NCBI RefSeq assembly: GCF_009914755.1
Contig: NC_060930.1
Length of the DNA: 64,000 nt
Source of the DNA: the human T2T-CHM13v2.0 reference genome, Homo sapiens
Direction: 5' to 3' (one strand)
Of the stretch, positions 1 through 11,660 are shown in pieces. How positions within the stretch are numbered: position 1 is the stretch's first letter; each line of letters opens with the position of its first letter. The notes below the pieces were generated by a model that had not been told where the DNA came from, did no database searches, and saw nothing but the letters and a program-made list of their open reading frames with translations. Position numbers and translations under genes: made by a program.

Positions 1-789
1 TTATCACCTTCATTGGAGTCATGGGAACCTGACTCCCAGCAGTCACAGGTCAGGGGAAGGTACCCGCAGAGGACAGACCTCACTAGGACAATTAGTCCAG
101 TTTCAACACATCCTCTTACCTAGGGTTTCCTGATTCTGACCTGGGTCTGCAGTCACAGTTCTGGACACTCCTCTGGGATCTCATGACCCTGCTTCCTCCC
201 TGGCCTTTCACAGTTTATTTTCTTTCCACAGATGGAAAAGGAGGCAGCTATGCTCAGGCTTCATGCAAGTGTGGTAGGGGTGGGAAGAGTGATCCCTGAG
301 ATCCTTGTGATAGTGTAGACAGGAGCCCATGGGGGAGCTCACCACCCCAAAATTCCTCCTTTAGTCACATCATCTGTGGGCTCTGACCAGATTTTGTTTT
401 TGTTCCACCCGAAACAGGGACAGTACCCAGGGCTCTGATGTGTCTCTCAAGGCTTGTAAAATGACAACTTAGGGGGCCTGAAGGGAAGGAGGAGTTGGGG
501 CATAGGGGACACAACTAGGCTCTGGAGATTCTTTGATTTGGAATTTTTCAGGGTGTGGTGGGCTGTTCAGTGTCACAACTTACTATGACTGATCTGAATT
601 TGTTCATGACTATTTTTTTTCTAAGACTGCCTTGTGAGGGACTGAGATGCAAGATTTGTTCATGCCTCCCCTTTGTGACTTCAAGGGCCTCTGTCTTCTC
701 TTTCTGCCAAGGTGTCTGAATGTGTCTACATCCCTGGTATCATGTGAGAAGTGGGGAGACCAGCCCACCCTCATGTCCACCATGACCCC
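1..789 (+). pseudogene. HLA-W: 3' part of an HLA class I pseudogene: intron 5, exon 6 (232-264), exon 7 (~414-461) and the start of the 3'UTR
   Basis: Exon 6-like ATGGAAAAGGAGGCAGCTATGCTCAGGCTTCAT with a GC donor; exon 7-like CAGTACCCAGGGCTCTGATGTGTCTCTCAAGGCTTGTAAA with degraded splice sites. Colinear with HLA-J 50770-51600 in this window. Symbol inferred from gene order (HLA-W, MICD, HCG9, HLA-J). Confidence 0.85.
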
Positions 790-2659
790 TGATATTGTTT
801 GGATCTGTGTCTCCACCCAAATCTCATGTTCACTTGTAATCACTAAGGTTGGAGGTGGCACCTCAGGGAGGTGATTGGCTCATGAGGATGGATCCTTCAT
901 GAATAGTTTAGGACCATCTCTTTGGTGCTGTTCTTGTGATAGTTCTCACAACGTCTGGTGTTTAAAAGTGTGTGGTACCTCCCTGCTCTCTCTCCCTCCT
1001 ACTCCAGGCTTGTAAGTCATGCCTACTTCCCCTTAACCTTCCAGCATGATTGAAAATTTCCTGAGGTCCTCTCATAAGTTGAGCAGATGCCAGAATCATA
1101 CTTTCATATAGCCTGCAGAACCATGAGCCAATTTAAACCTTCTGTCTTTATAAATTACCCAGTCTCAGGTATTTCTTTATAACAGTTGAGAATGAATAAT
1201 TCAGAAAATCGGTACCAGAAGTTGGGTACTGCAATAAACGTAGCTGAAAATGTGAAAATGTCTTTGGAACTGGGTAACAGGTAGAGGTTGGAAGAGTTTG
1301 GAGAGTTTAGAAGACAAGAAAATGGGGGAAAACTTGCAACTTCCTAGAGGTTTGTTAAATTGTTGTGACCAAAATGCTGATAGTGATATAGACAATAGAG
1401 CCCAGGCTGATGAGGTCTCAGATGGAGATGAGGAACTTACTGGGACCTAGAGAAAAGGTCACTTTTGTTATGCATTGGCAAAGAACTTGGAGGCATTCTG
1501 CCCCCTCCTTAGGGATCTGTGGAACTTTGAACATGAGGGTGATGATTAAGGGTATCTGATAGAAGAAATTTCTAAGCAGCATAGCATTCAAGATTTGGCT
1601 TCCTGTTGTAATAGTCTATGCACATATGTGTGAGCAAAAAAATGATCTGAAACTGGAACTGATATTTAAAGGGGAAATTTAATATCCAGGACAATTCCCA
1701 GTGGAGCTGCAGGAGCAGGACCCCTATCAGGACTACTAAATGGTGGAGCCACTGGCAATGTGCAAGCTCAGCTTGGAAAATCCATAGGTATTCAATTTTC
1801 ACCCATGAGAGCAGCTATATGGGTTATGTTCAGCAAAGCCAAGGATGTGGGGCTGCAAATGGCATTGTGAGCCCACCACTTGAACCAGTGTGCTCAGGAT
1901 TCAAGATATAGGGTCAAAGGAGATTATTTTAGAGCTTTAAATTTTAACATCTTCCATGATGAGTTTCAGCTTTGTGAGGACACTGCATTCATTTCTTTTG
2001 GCCCATTTATTCCTTTTAGAATGGAAATGTATAAGAAATGTCTCTTCCACTCTTGTATTAATATTTTAGAAGTAAATAACCTTTTTAAAACTTTACAGGC
2101 TCACAGCTATAGGGACTTACCTTGAGTCTCAGATGAGACTTTGGAATTTTGAGTTGATGCTGGAACAACCTAGCACATTTGGGACAATTGGGAAATTATC
2201 ATATTTTGCAATGGGAGAAAAACATGAGCTCTGGCTGGCTAGGGACAGAATGTAATGATATAAATATTTACCCCCTGATACCTCATGTTAAAATCTGACC
2301 CCCAGTGTTGGACGTGGGGCCTAATGGGTGCTGTTTGGGTCATGGGGGCCAATCTTTTATGAATAAAGAGATCCTGTCCTCTCTCGCAAGTGAATGAATT
2401 GTTACTCTTTTAGTTTCCAAGAGAGCCAGTTGTTAAAAAGAGCCTGGCAACTTCCTAAGCTCTCTGTTCCTCTCTTACCGTGTGATCTCTGCACATACCA
2501 GCTCCCCTTTGCCTTCTGCCATGAGTGGGAGCAGCCTGAGGCCCTCACCAAATGCTCAAACATTTCCAGACATCAGAATCCCAAGCCACATGAACCTTGT
2601 TTATATAAATTAGTCAGTCTCTGACATTTCTTTATAGCAACACAAAATGGAATAAGACA
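790..2659 (+). mobile_element. MaLR element: MSTA-like 5' LTR (790-1203), MST-int (1204-2250), MSTB-like 3' LTR (2251-2659)
   Basis: LTR1 starts TGATATTGTTTGGATCTGTGTCTCCACCCAAATCTCATG and ends ...AATTACCCAGTCTCAGGTATTTCTTTATA...TCA. The internal part begins GAAAATCGGTACC. LTR2 ends TTTATAGCAACACAAAATGGAATAAGACA. Confidence 0.85.
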
Positions 2660-4160
2660 GCGCTCTCATCACAGGTATGTGTCTCTGGCAGTCAGCCCCC
2701 ATTCTCAAGATATCCAGGGTCCGCTCAGCCATGAGTCCTCTCATCAATATTCTAACTCTTATCACTCAAGAGATTCTAAGGTTTTTAGGAGAAACCAGGG
2801 ACAAAGACTAAATGTTTTTGTTATACCTCAGATTACCCGCTTTTCTTTGACCACATATCTTTTATAGGAAAAGGATTATAAAAGTAAAGAGGTATTGGCG
2901 TATTATCAGAGTCTCATTCAGTCATTCAAAATTAGAACAGTTCACCATCCTCTCGTATGAATATGTCTCCCAGAATGAAGTCACTCAGGTTTGCAGACAC
3001 CACTCAACCTTACCAGGCTCCAAAAACAAGAATGGTCTCAAGGACATATGGCTTCACTCTTTTAGGCACCCAGTATAATTGACCTAAGAGACAATATCTT
3101 CTCTTGCTCACAGCACTTTTGAGGAGTTAAGCTAATATTGAATTTTCCTCATTATATAACCCTTTGATTTAGTCACTTACCCTCAGCCATTATTCCTCCT
3201 TCTGTCCCTTTATATCAGTCTTTTCCAGTTTTAGAGGTGACATCAGGTTTGTCTGCTGTGCTGACCTAGACTGCAGGCAGCAATAGTATTCTAGCATGCC
3301 TTCCCTCGGTCTACTCTTGGTCATAGAGGGTAGGTTATGTAGGTAAGGAACTAGTGGGGGCCATCTGACCACCAGGCTATATAGCTCTATTTACTGTTAA
3401 TCCTGACTTTGCCAGATGAAATGAAGGCATAGCACCATCTTTGAGTTGCTTGGGAATTCTTATATAAAGATGTAAATATATAGTTATGGTTTTTGGCTTA
3501 AAGATAATTCCTGTTTCTGGCACTTTGATTTTCATCCCTATTCCTGGTACCACTGCATCACATATGAAAAAAGAAATTTGAGGTGAAGCGTAGTCATTAT
3601 TCCAGCATCCTCTCCCCTTCAGAAGAATTGTATGTATAGTCATAACAGCATCGTCCTGATCCATCAGGTAAAAGAGAGGAAGCTATCTAGAGGAGTCACT
3701 CTTGCAGCCCCACCCATGTGGACAGTGAGCACATTCATGAAGATGTAAAAGCCAGTCCTTCATGTTTATATTGCCCAACAACTATATTGCCAGTTTTTAG
3801 ACAAACAATGCTTCAACTGACCATTTCAATTTTCTATCAAAGTTTTCTTCTGAGGAGGACATCTCCCTGTGCATTGTTAGCCATTTGAGGCTGTAAAGTG
3901 TGTTTTCTTGCGTAAAGAAATGGGACTCAGCAGTCCACATTGGTGCAATCTCTTTTTTTCTGGTGATTTCATAGCCCTTGAAGCATTGACCTCTTCCCCT
4001 GGTTGAGCATAGCCCAATCCAGAGTCAGTGACTTTCCTGTCAAGATCCCTTGGCAGCTCCTTTGGGGTTGCTGCCATCAGTCTGGCTTGCCAGCCATGTA
4101 TGATCAAAGCCTTCCCACTAGAGAATCACATAGCCATCTGCTGCCTCTGTCTGTTTTCTT
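2660..4160 (-). mobile_element. MER21-like LTR fragment (~2660-2830) with adjacent internal sequence
   Basis: CTCTTATCACTCAAGAGATTCTAAGGTTTTTAGGAGAAACCAGGGACAAAGACTAAAT resembles a MER21 LTR end (recalled consensus); the extent of the internal part is approximate. Confidence 0.45.
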
Positions 4161-4164
4161 GACC

Positions 4165-4385
4165 AACAGTCAAAACAGAGATGATAAGAAATGAGATAAA
4201 TTACCAAAATTGTGAACAAAAGAGAGATTATCACTAGTGACCCTTTAGAAATTCAAAAGCATTATAAGTGAAGACTCTGAAAAACCTGAAGTCAATAAGT
4301 TAGACCACTTAGATAAAATGGACAGATTCATACAAAGATAGAAATTGCCAAAACTGACTCAAAAATAACTAGAAAACCTGAAATA
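4165..4385 (+). mobile_element. Old L1 (L1M) ORF2 fragment
   Basis: AATAAGTTAGACCACTTAGATAAAATGGACAGATTC...AAATTGCCAAAACTGACTCAAAAATAACTAGAAAACCTG matches the L1 ORF2 'NKLDNLDEMDKFL...LPKLTQEE.ENL' region. Confidence 0.65.
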
Positions 4386-4833
4386 AGGAAAAACAAAAAA
4401 TAATAATGTATTGCTTGCTGTTTTATCTGGCCTAAAAAGCCCATTTGTCAGCCTTCAGTCCTTTGGCCTAAGTTTAGCTCAAATAAGGACTGTATATGCC
4501 AAGCTTTAATTCTCTATGTGAATGATAAAACCCCATCTTCACAAGAGGAGATGGGTTATGCTGTTTGTTGGATTAGTGAATTAAGCCCCGTGTTCCCCCT
4601 TAAAGAGAAATAAAAAGAGCATAGTAAAGAGCCCTCACCCAGTGAAAAGCCCTGGGATCCCCTAACACGCTTGCCCTACACCCTATACATCTCACAAAGT
4701 AGAGGACAGGGAGATCAGGGGGCAAAAGGAAGGTCAGAGGAAAAGGATTTGGGAGGTCATGAAGGAGCTAAACCCAATGCTCCCTTAAATCCTTATCCAA
4801 ACTTGAGGAAAGAATTAGAACAATGTAAGGAAG

Positions 4834-6167
4834 GACAAACCTGATAAAAACAAGCAATGGGGAAAGGATTCCCGATTTAATAAATGGTGTTGGGAAAACT
4901 GGCTAGCCATATGCAGAAAACTGAAACTGGACCCCCTCCTTACACCTTATACAAAAATCAACTCAAGATGGATTAAAGACTTAAACATAAGACCTAAAAC
5001 TGTAAAAACCCTAGAAGAAAACCTAGGCAATACCATTCAGGACCTAGGCATGGGCGAAGACTTCATGACTAAAACACAAAAAGCAATGGCAACGAAAGCC
5101 AGAATTGACTAATGGGATCTAATTAAACTCAAGAGCTTCTGCACAGCAAAAGAAACTATCATCAGAGTGAACAGGCCACCTATGGAATGGGAGAAAATTT
5201 TTGCAATCTGTCCATCTGACAAAGGGCTAATATCCAGAATCTACAAAGAACTTAATTTACATGAAAAAAACAAACAACTCCATCAAAAAGTGGGCGACGG
5301 ATATGAAAAGACACTTCTCAAAAGAAGACATTTATGTAGTCAACAAACATATGAAAAAAGGCCCATAGTCACTTATCATTAGAGAAATGCAAATCAAAAC
5401 CACAATGAGATACCATCTCACACCAATTAGAATGGCGATCATTAAAAAGTCAGGAAACAACAGATGCTGGAGAGGATGTGGAGAAATAGGAACGCTTTTA
5501 CACTGTTGGTCGGAGTGTAAATTAGTTCAACCATCGTGGAAGATAATGTGGCAATTCCTCAAGGATCTAGAACCAGAAATACCATTTGACCCAGCAATCC
5601 CACAATCCCACTACTGGATATATACCCAAAGGATTATAAACATTTTACTATAAAGATACATACACACATATGTTTATTGCGGCACTGTTCACAATAGCAA
5701 AGACTTGGAACCAATCCAAATGCCCATCAATGATAGACTGAATAAAGAAAATGTGGCACATATACACCATGGAATACTATGCAGCCATAAAAAGGATGAG
5801 TTCATGTCCTTTGCAGGGACATGGATGAAGCTGGAAACCATCATTCTCAGGAAACCATCAGCTACGTGTTCTCTGGGTCTCTCAGAGAAAGACCCACAAG
5901 AACAGAAAACCAAACACTGCATGTTCTCACTCAAATGGGAGTTGAACAATGAGAACACATGGACACAGGGAGGGGAACATCACACACTGGGGCCTGTCTG
6001 AGGGTAGGGGGCTAGGGGAGGGATAGCATTAGGAGAAATACCTAATGTAGATGATGAGTTGATGGGTGCAGCAAACCACCATGGCACATGTATACCTATG
6101 TAACAAACCTGCATGTTCTGCACGTGTATCCCAGAGTTTAAAGTATAATAATGTTAATAATAATAAA
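4834..6167 (+). mobile_element. 5'-truncated L1PA (L1PA6/7-like) inserted in the ERV gag
   Basis: ORF2 C-terminal peptides ([15 protein letters not shown]), L1PA 3'UTR (GGGAGGGATAGCATTAGGAGAAATACCTAATGTAGATG) and A-rich tail; Gag sequence on both sides. Confidence 0.92.
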
Positions 6168-7547
6168 TTGGATTTGTAAGTGTGCCTTTAACAAGTACTG
6201 AGGTTAGGAATTTTAAAAAGGAAATGAGGCCACTCTCGGAAGATCCCCTCAGTTTAGCAGAACAGCTAGATCAATTTTTAGAACCTAATTTTTATACTTG
6301 GGCTGAGATAATTCAATCATGAATATTCTGTTTACTGGGAAAAAGACGGGAATAATTAGAAGGGCAGCCATAATCATTTGGGAGAGACAGCAGCATCCTC
6401 CTGGGTAATGAGTCCTGCCAGCTAAGCAGAAATTCCCAAATGCAGATCCTGGATGGGATAATAATGACCCCAGGGATCGGGTCCAAATGCAAGACCATAG
6501 GGAGCTAATAATTAGAGGGATTATGCAGTCCACTCATAGGACACAAAACGTCCCCAAAGCATTCAAGATCCAACAACAAGAAGAGGAGACTCCCTCTGCA
6601 TTTCTGCAGAGGCTCAGGGATCAAGTGAAAAAATATTCAGGATTAAATCCAGAGGACCCAGTAGGGCAAGGCCTTTTAAAGGTTAATTTTGTAACTAAAA
6701 GCTGATGTAATATTACTAAGAAACTGCAAAAGATTAACGGATGGAATAAAAAACCAATTAAGGAAATACTGAGGGAAGCTCAGAAAGTTTGTGTGTGTGT
6801 GTGAGAGAAAGAGAGAGAGAGAGAGTTAAGCTGCTATACCTGAAGGAAGAGAGAGCCAGCGGCACAGCTGTGTGTGGCAGCTGGCTTCTAAAAGCTGTTG
6901 ATAAAGGTTACTGCTGAGTCATTTCCGCAGAGCTGCCTGTTTTTGCAGACAGACAAGGGGAGCCAGGGCACAGCACGGCTCGGCTCATGCCCAGAGAAAG
7001 AGGAAGAAGCTGAGTGTGAGACAGAAAGGAAATGGGATGACAGAGAGAGAATAGAAGAGGAAAATTAGCAAGAGAGACTAAAAGAGACAGAGATCAAAGA
7101 GAAACACAGAAGGTAAAACTGGGGAGACAAATAATGTAAAAGGAAAAAAGAGTACAAGACAAAGTGAGAGAATGCTGAGAGGTTGGCAGGGCTGGGGGAA
7201 GTTTCTGGGGACTTAAGCAACAAGGAGGTGCAGGGGAAGGGTGCATGCAGTGCGTGGCCACTGAGGAACGACAAAACCCGGGAACTGGGGGATGGATGCA
7301 AGTGAGAAAGGGATGTGGAGGAGAGTTTAGGATCAGGCTGCTTGAGGTGTAACGGGTTGCCTACAGCAAAAACTAGATGGCTGTTTATCAGGAGGTGGTC
7401 AAAAGGATTCAAGTTATGGAAGAGTAAATGAATAAGATAACATTAAGGTTTTGTTGTTTTAGTGAGAGGCTGGAAGGCCACCAGGGGCAGTTAGCTGTCA
7501 GTAAGGCAGCAGAAGGGCTGGGGTCGCTACATAAGGAAAATCAGTAC

Positions 7548-7796
7548 TAGGGTTGTAAACTCAAATGACTACAGGGCCAGCAAATAATAAAAAGGAGGGC
7601 TGCAGGGCTGGGTGGGAACTGTGGCGGCTGCTCAGCTCTTCTTACAGTGCTGGCACTGTGTTGCCAGATTGTCTGCTTTGTCAGAGGACAAAATTCTGAC
7701 TTTTTATGTAAAATATAATTTTAAAATGCTGATATTCTGTTCAAATAACTTAAAAACCCAAAACAGGCAAAAGAGGATGCCAGTTTGCAATCCCTG
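7548..7796 (+). mobile_element. MER103C-like hAT-Charlie DNA transposon remnant
   Basis: Imperfect terminal inverted repeats TAGGGTTGTAAACT...AGTTTGCAATCCCTG; internal GTGTTGCCAGAT...TTTTTATGTAAAAT...TTTTAAAATGCTG matches the recalled MER103C consensus. Confidence 0.65.
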
Positions 7797-9015
7797 AAGT
7801 AGAGAGAGCTCGTGCTGGGGAAAAGTCTGCCAAAATGCTTTAAGGTGGAATGTGTAAAAGTTCTGTTTCCCAGAGTCGGGCTGGGCCAGGGGAGGATCCT
7901 TGCAGCCCAGGAGGAGGAAAAGCCACTAAGTCCCCTCCCAGGGCTGGACAAACTGGAGACCCTTTACAGTTGCTGGGTCACCAGTGGGGGTTGCTTGAAA
8001 CACAAACAGTGCACCTCTAGGCCTGCCACGGAGAGGAACGGTGCCTTTGAAGCACAAAAAAAAAAAAAAAACAGGAAGGGAGGGCGGAGCCAGAAATGCC
8101 TTTTCTAATGAGAGTACCCATCAGGGAAGGCTCCATAGGCTGGCAGATCTTCAAACCAGCAGCTCTTGGCCCAAAGCCAAACCCAGCAGGGCCCGGCCAA
8201 GGGCACTCTGGGATGCCAGCTGGTCAGTCCCTTGCCTCCCCAAGTTCCTCCTGGGGTCAATGGGCCCTCGGGAGGTGACTAAACTAACACCAGCCAGTTT
8301 CTTATGAAAAGGAGAGGAGAATAAGAAGGCGTCAGAGTATAACTGTTTAGATATCACAGAGTATCAAACTAAAGTTAGTACCAAACCTTAAAGGAACTCT
8401 ACTACATAATGGGATGAGGTTGTTTATGAATGGGTCATCCTGAGTAATAAATGGTAAAAGACACAATGGCTGTGCTGTCATGAACAAAAACAAACAATCC
8501 TTATGTGAAAAAGTTAAATTACTCAATAACTGGTCAGCCCAAACCTGTAAATTTTATGCTTTTAACCAGACCCTAAAGCTCCTAGAAGATCAAGAAGACA
8601 CTATATATACTAATTCCAAATATGCCTATAAAGTAGTACACACCTTTGAAAAAATCTGGACAGAGCAGGGCCTAGAAAATAGCAGGGCAAAATAATTGGT
8701 ACATGGGGAACAAGTTTTAGAAAGCCTCCTGTTTCCAGCAGAGACAGCCATAGTTCATGTAAATGGCCATCAGAAAAGAAACACTATAGAAGCTGTAGGG
8801 AACAGGCTTGTGGATAAGGCTGCTAAGCAAGTCTCCCTGGAGGAAAAATTTAAACTGTTTAGCCCAGATATCCCTAAGGTGATATTAAAACCCCAATTTT
8901 CAAAAGAGGAGGAAAAGCTAGGCAAGATAGGAGCCACTTAAACTAAGAATGGAAGGTGAGTGCTCCCTGATGGGAGAGAAATAATAAACAAACCCATAAT
9001 AAAAAATCTAATGTT

Positions 9016-9320
<305 letters not shown>

Positions 9321-10158
9321 CTATATTGCATAAGGGAAGTCATTGGGGTCCCCAGGACATGTATGATGAAATACTAAAGAATTATGGGTGTATAGAAATG
9401 TATGCCCTGGCTAAACAAGTGTGTGGGAATTGTGTGAACTCCCAGGAAACAACTTAAGGTTAAAAGAACTTGTAACACAAACCCCACCCCTTGAGTTCAC
9501 AGTTCACCACTTCCAGCTTGGCAACTCAGTGCTAATTAAGACTTGGAAAGAAGACAAGCTCCACCCAAGCTGGGAAGGTCCCTATCAAGTGAGGCAGCTG
9601 TACAAACAGCTGATCAGGGGTGGACACATTACACTCGGGTCAAGAAACTGGTTAAAAAAAAAAAAAAACGGAAGGTAAATTGGAAGTGTATAGATCACCT
9701 AAGAAACCCTTTAAGCTAATTCTAAGGAAAACCTAAAAGTAAGCCATAAGCAGGCTCCATCACTGGGGGCTGATATGGTTAGAATTAATCCTAACACAAG
9801 GGGTGAAAGGAAACCTAAGTATTGTATAAGAACCACACGCCACCTAACTGTAAAAATTTAAAGTGCAATCCTATATTAATTACTATAAACAACCCAGCTA
9901 CTCTAAACCAGAAATCTTGAAGGTATAAATTAAAAATAAATATCTCAGAAAGGAATCCCGTGGGACAGTTAGCTTTTAGGTTAGTCACCAACTCTACCCC
10001 AAGCCCACCCAGAATTACTAGAACTCCTGGTCCCATTAACTTCCTTTAACCCACCAAACAATAAACCTAAGAGAGTAAAAATAATTAAAGTAACTGACTT
10101 AAGGCAGACTTTAAAAATTAAAACAGGATATAGAGACATAAATGCCTGTGTTAAATGG

Positions 10159-11479
10159 GTGAAATTTTCAGCACAAGCCCTCGATAAAAGTAACTGTTAT
10201 GCATGTGCTGCTGGTCAACCTCAGGCACAGGTGGTTCCATTTCCCCTTGGATGGGATACTAATCCCAAAGGAATGTGTTGCGTGTTGGCTGTATACCAAG
10301 ACAAGGTTGCATGGGGAAATAAGACTTGTAAAAGTCTGTCATTGCTCTTTCCCACTTTGCAGAGATCAGATCCTAAAGCAATCCCCTCATTCTCTATAGG
10401 GAATATAAATCACTCCTGTTGTCACTCTAGACAGAAGGTGAGGTTCGATAAACCTGTGGGAAAACTCGCAACCTGCACCCACATCCTAAATGTCACTGGT
10501 AACCCAGACTGTGGCAACCATTCAACTCTCCATATACCCCAGGCAAATGTCTGGTGGTATTTCGGGAAAGGGAACCTCCGTAACTTGTTACCGTCCAATT
10601 GGACCGGGACTTGTGCTTTAGTACAATTGGCCATTCCGTTCACCCTGTCATTCCATGAAACAGCTAAAAATACACATGGTCATAGAGATCAGAGTAATTT
10701 AGCAATTTATTTTAACCCATATATAATGTGTGTGTGTGTATATATATATATATATACACACACACACAAACATATACATATACATATATATACACACACA
10801 TATATATACACACACACACACATATATATATATATACACACACACATACACACAAGGCTTCTGGAACAGTGGATGAAAGCTTTGTATATCTATCTATCCA
10901 TCTATCTATCTATTTATCTATCTAAACTCCATAGGAGTACCTAGAGGAGTGCCTAATAAATTTAAAGCACGAAACCAAATACCTGCTAGATTTGAGTCAG
11001 CACTTTTCTGGTGGTCAACTATTAACAAGAATGTAAATTAGATTAATTACATGTCTTATAATCAGCAAAGATTCATCAATTACACGCAAAATGCCCTTAA
11101 GGGAGTAGCCAGACAACTAAATGCCACTAGCTAAATGGCTTGGGAAAACAGAATTACACTGGACATAATATTAGCAGAGAAAGGTGATATATGTGATATG
11201 CTGGGTGGAAAATGTGACACTTCCATTCACAACAATGCTGCCCCAAATGGAACCATCATAAAGGGATGGCAGGGACTAACAACTCTAGTCAACGAGCTGG
11301 CAGAAAACACAGGAGTAAATGACCTTTTTACTAACTGGTTAGAAGGTTGGTTTGAAAAATGGAAAGGAATGGTACCTTCAGTTCTTACATCTCTCGTGAT
11401 TATGGCTGGGGTCTTAACAGCCATAGGATGTTGTATCATACCTTGTGTGAAGGGTTTATTTAACACAAAGGTTAATTAA
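10159..11479 (+). pseudogene. Disrupted ERV env (SU and TM)
   Basis: SU: SNCYAC (CxxC) and LPSNWTGTCALVQL; TM: immunosuppressive domain WENRITLDIILAEKG, degraded CX6CC (CDMLGGKCD) and a hydrophobic anchor; broken by stops and a microsatellite. Confidence 0.85.
10720..10923. repeat. Compound (TG)/(TA)/(CA)/(TATC) microsatellite inside env
   Basis: Directly visible tandem di- and tetranucleotide runs. Confidence 0.95.
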
Positions 11480-11660
11480 AGCAGCTATTAGTAAACAAAT
11501 GCCCCTAATGTCCCAACAGAATGACTTACTATTATTAAAAGCCAAACTAAACTTCTCCTCCTATAATGAAGAAAGTAAAAAACTTCCAGAACAGTTAATA
11601 AACAAAGATATGTAAGTGAAAATAAGACCAAAAAGGGTAAAAAGAAAAAGAGGAGGTAAG

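Noticed and set aside
10159-10944. 261-aa env ORF as a co-opted envelope gene
   Set aside because: It starts at GTG with no signal peptide, and its length is inflated by reading through a microsatellite. The TM part is separated by stops and the CX6CC motif is broken.
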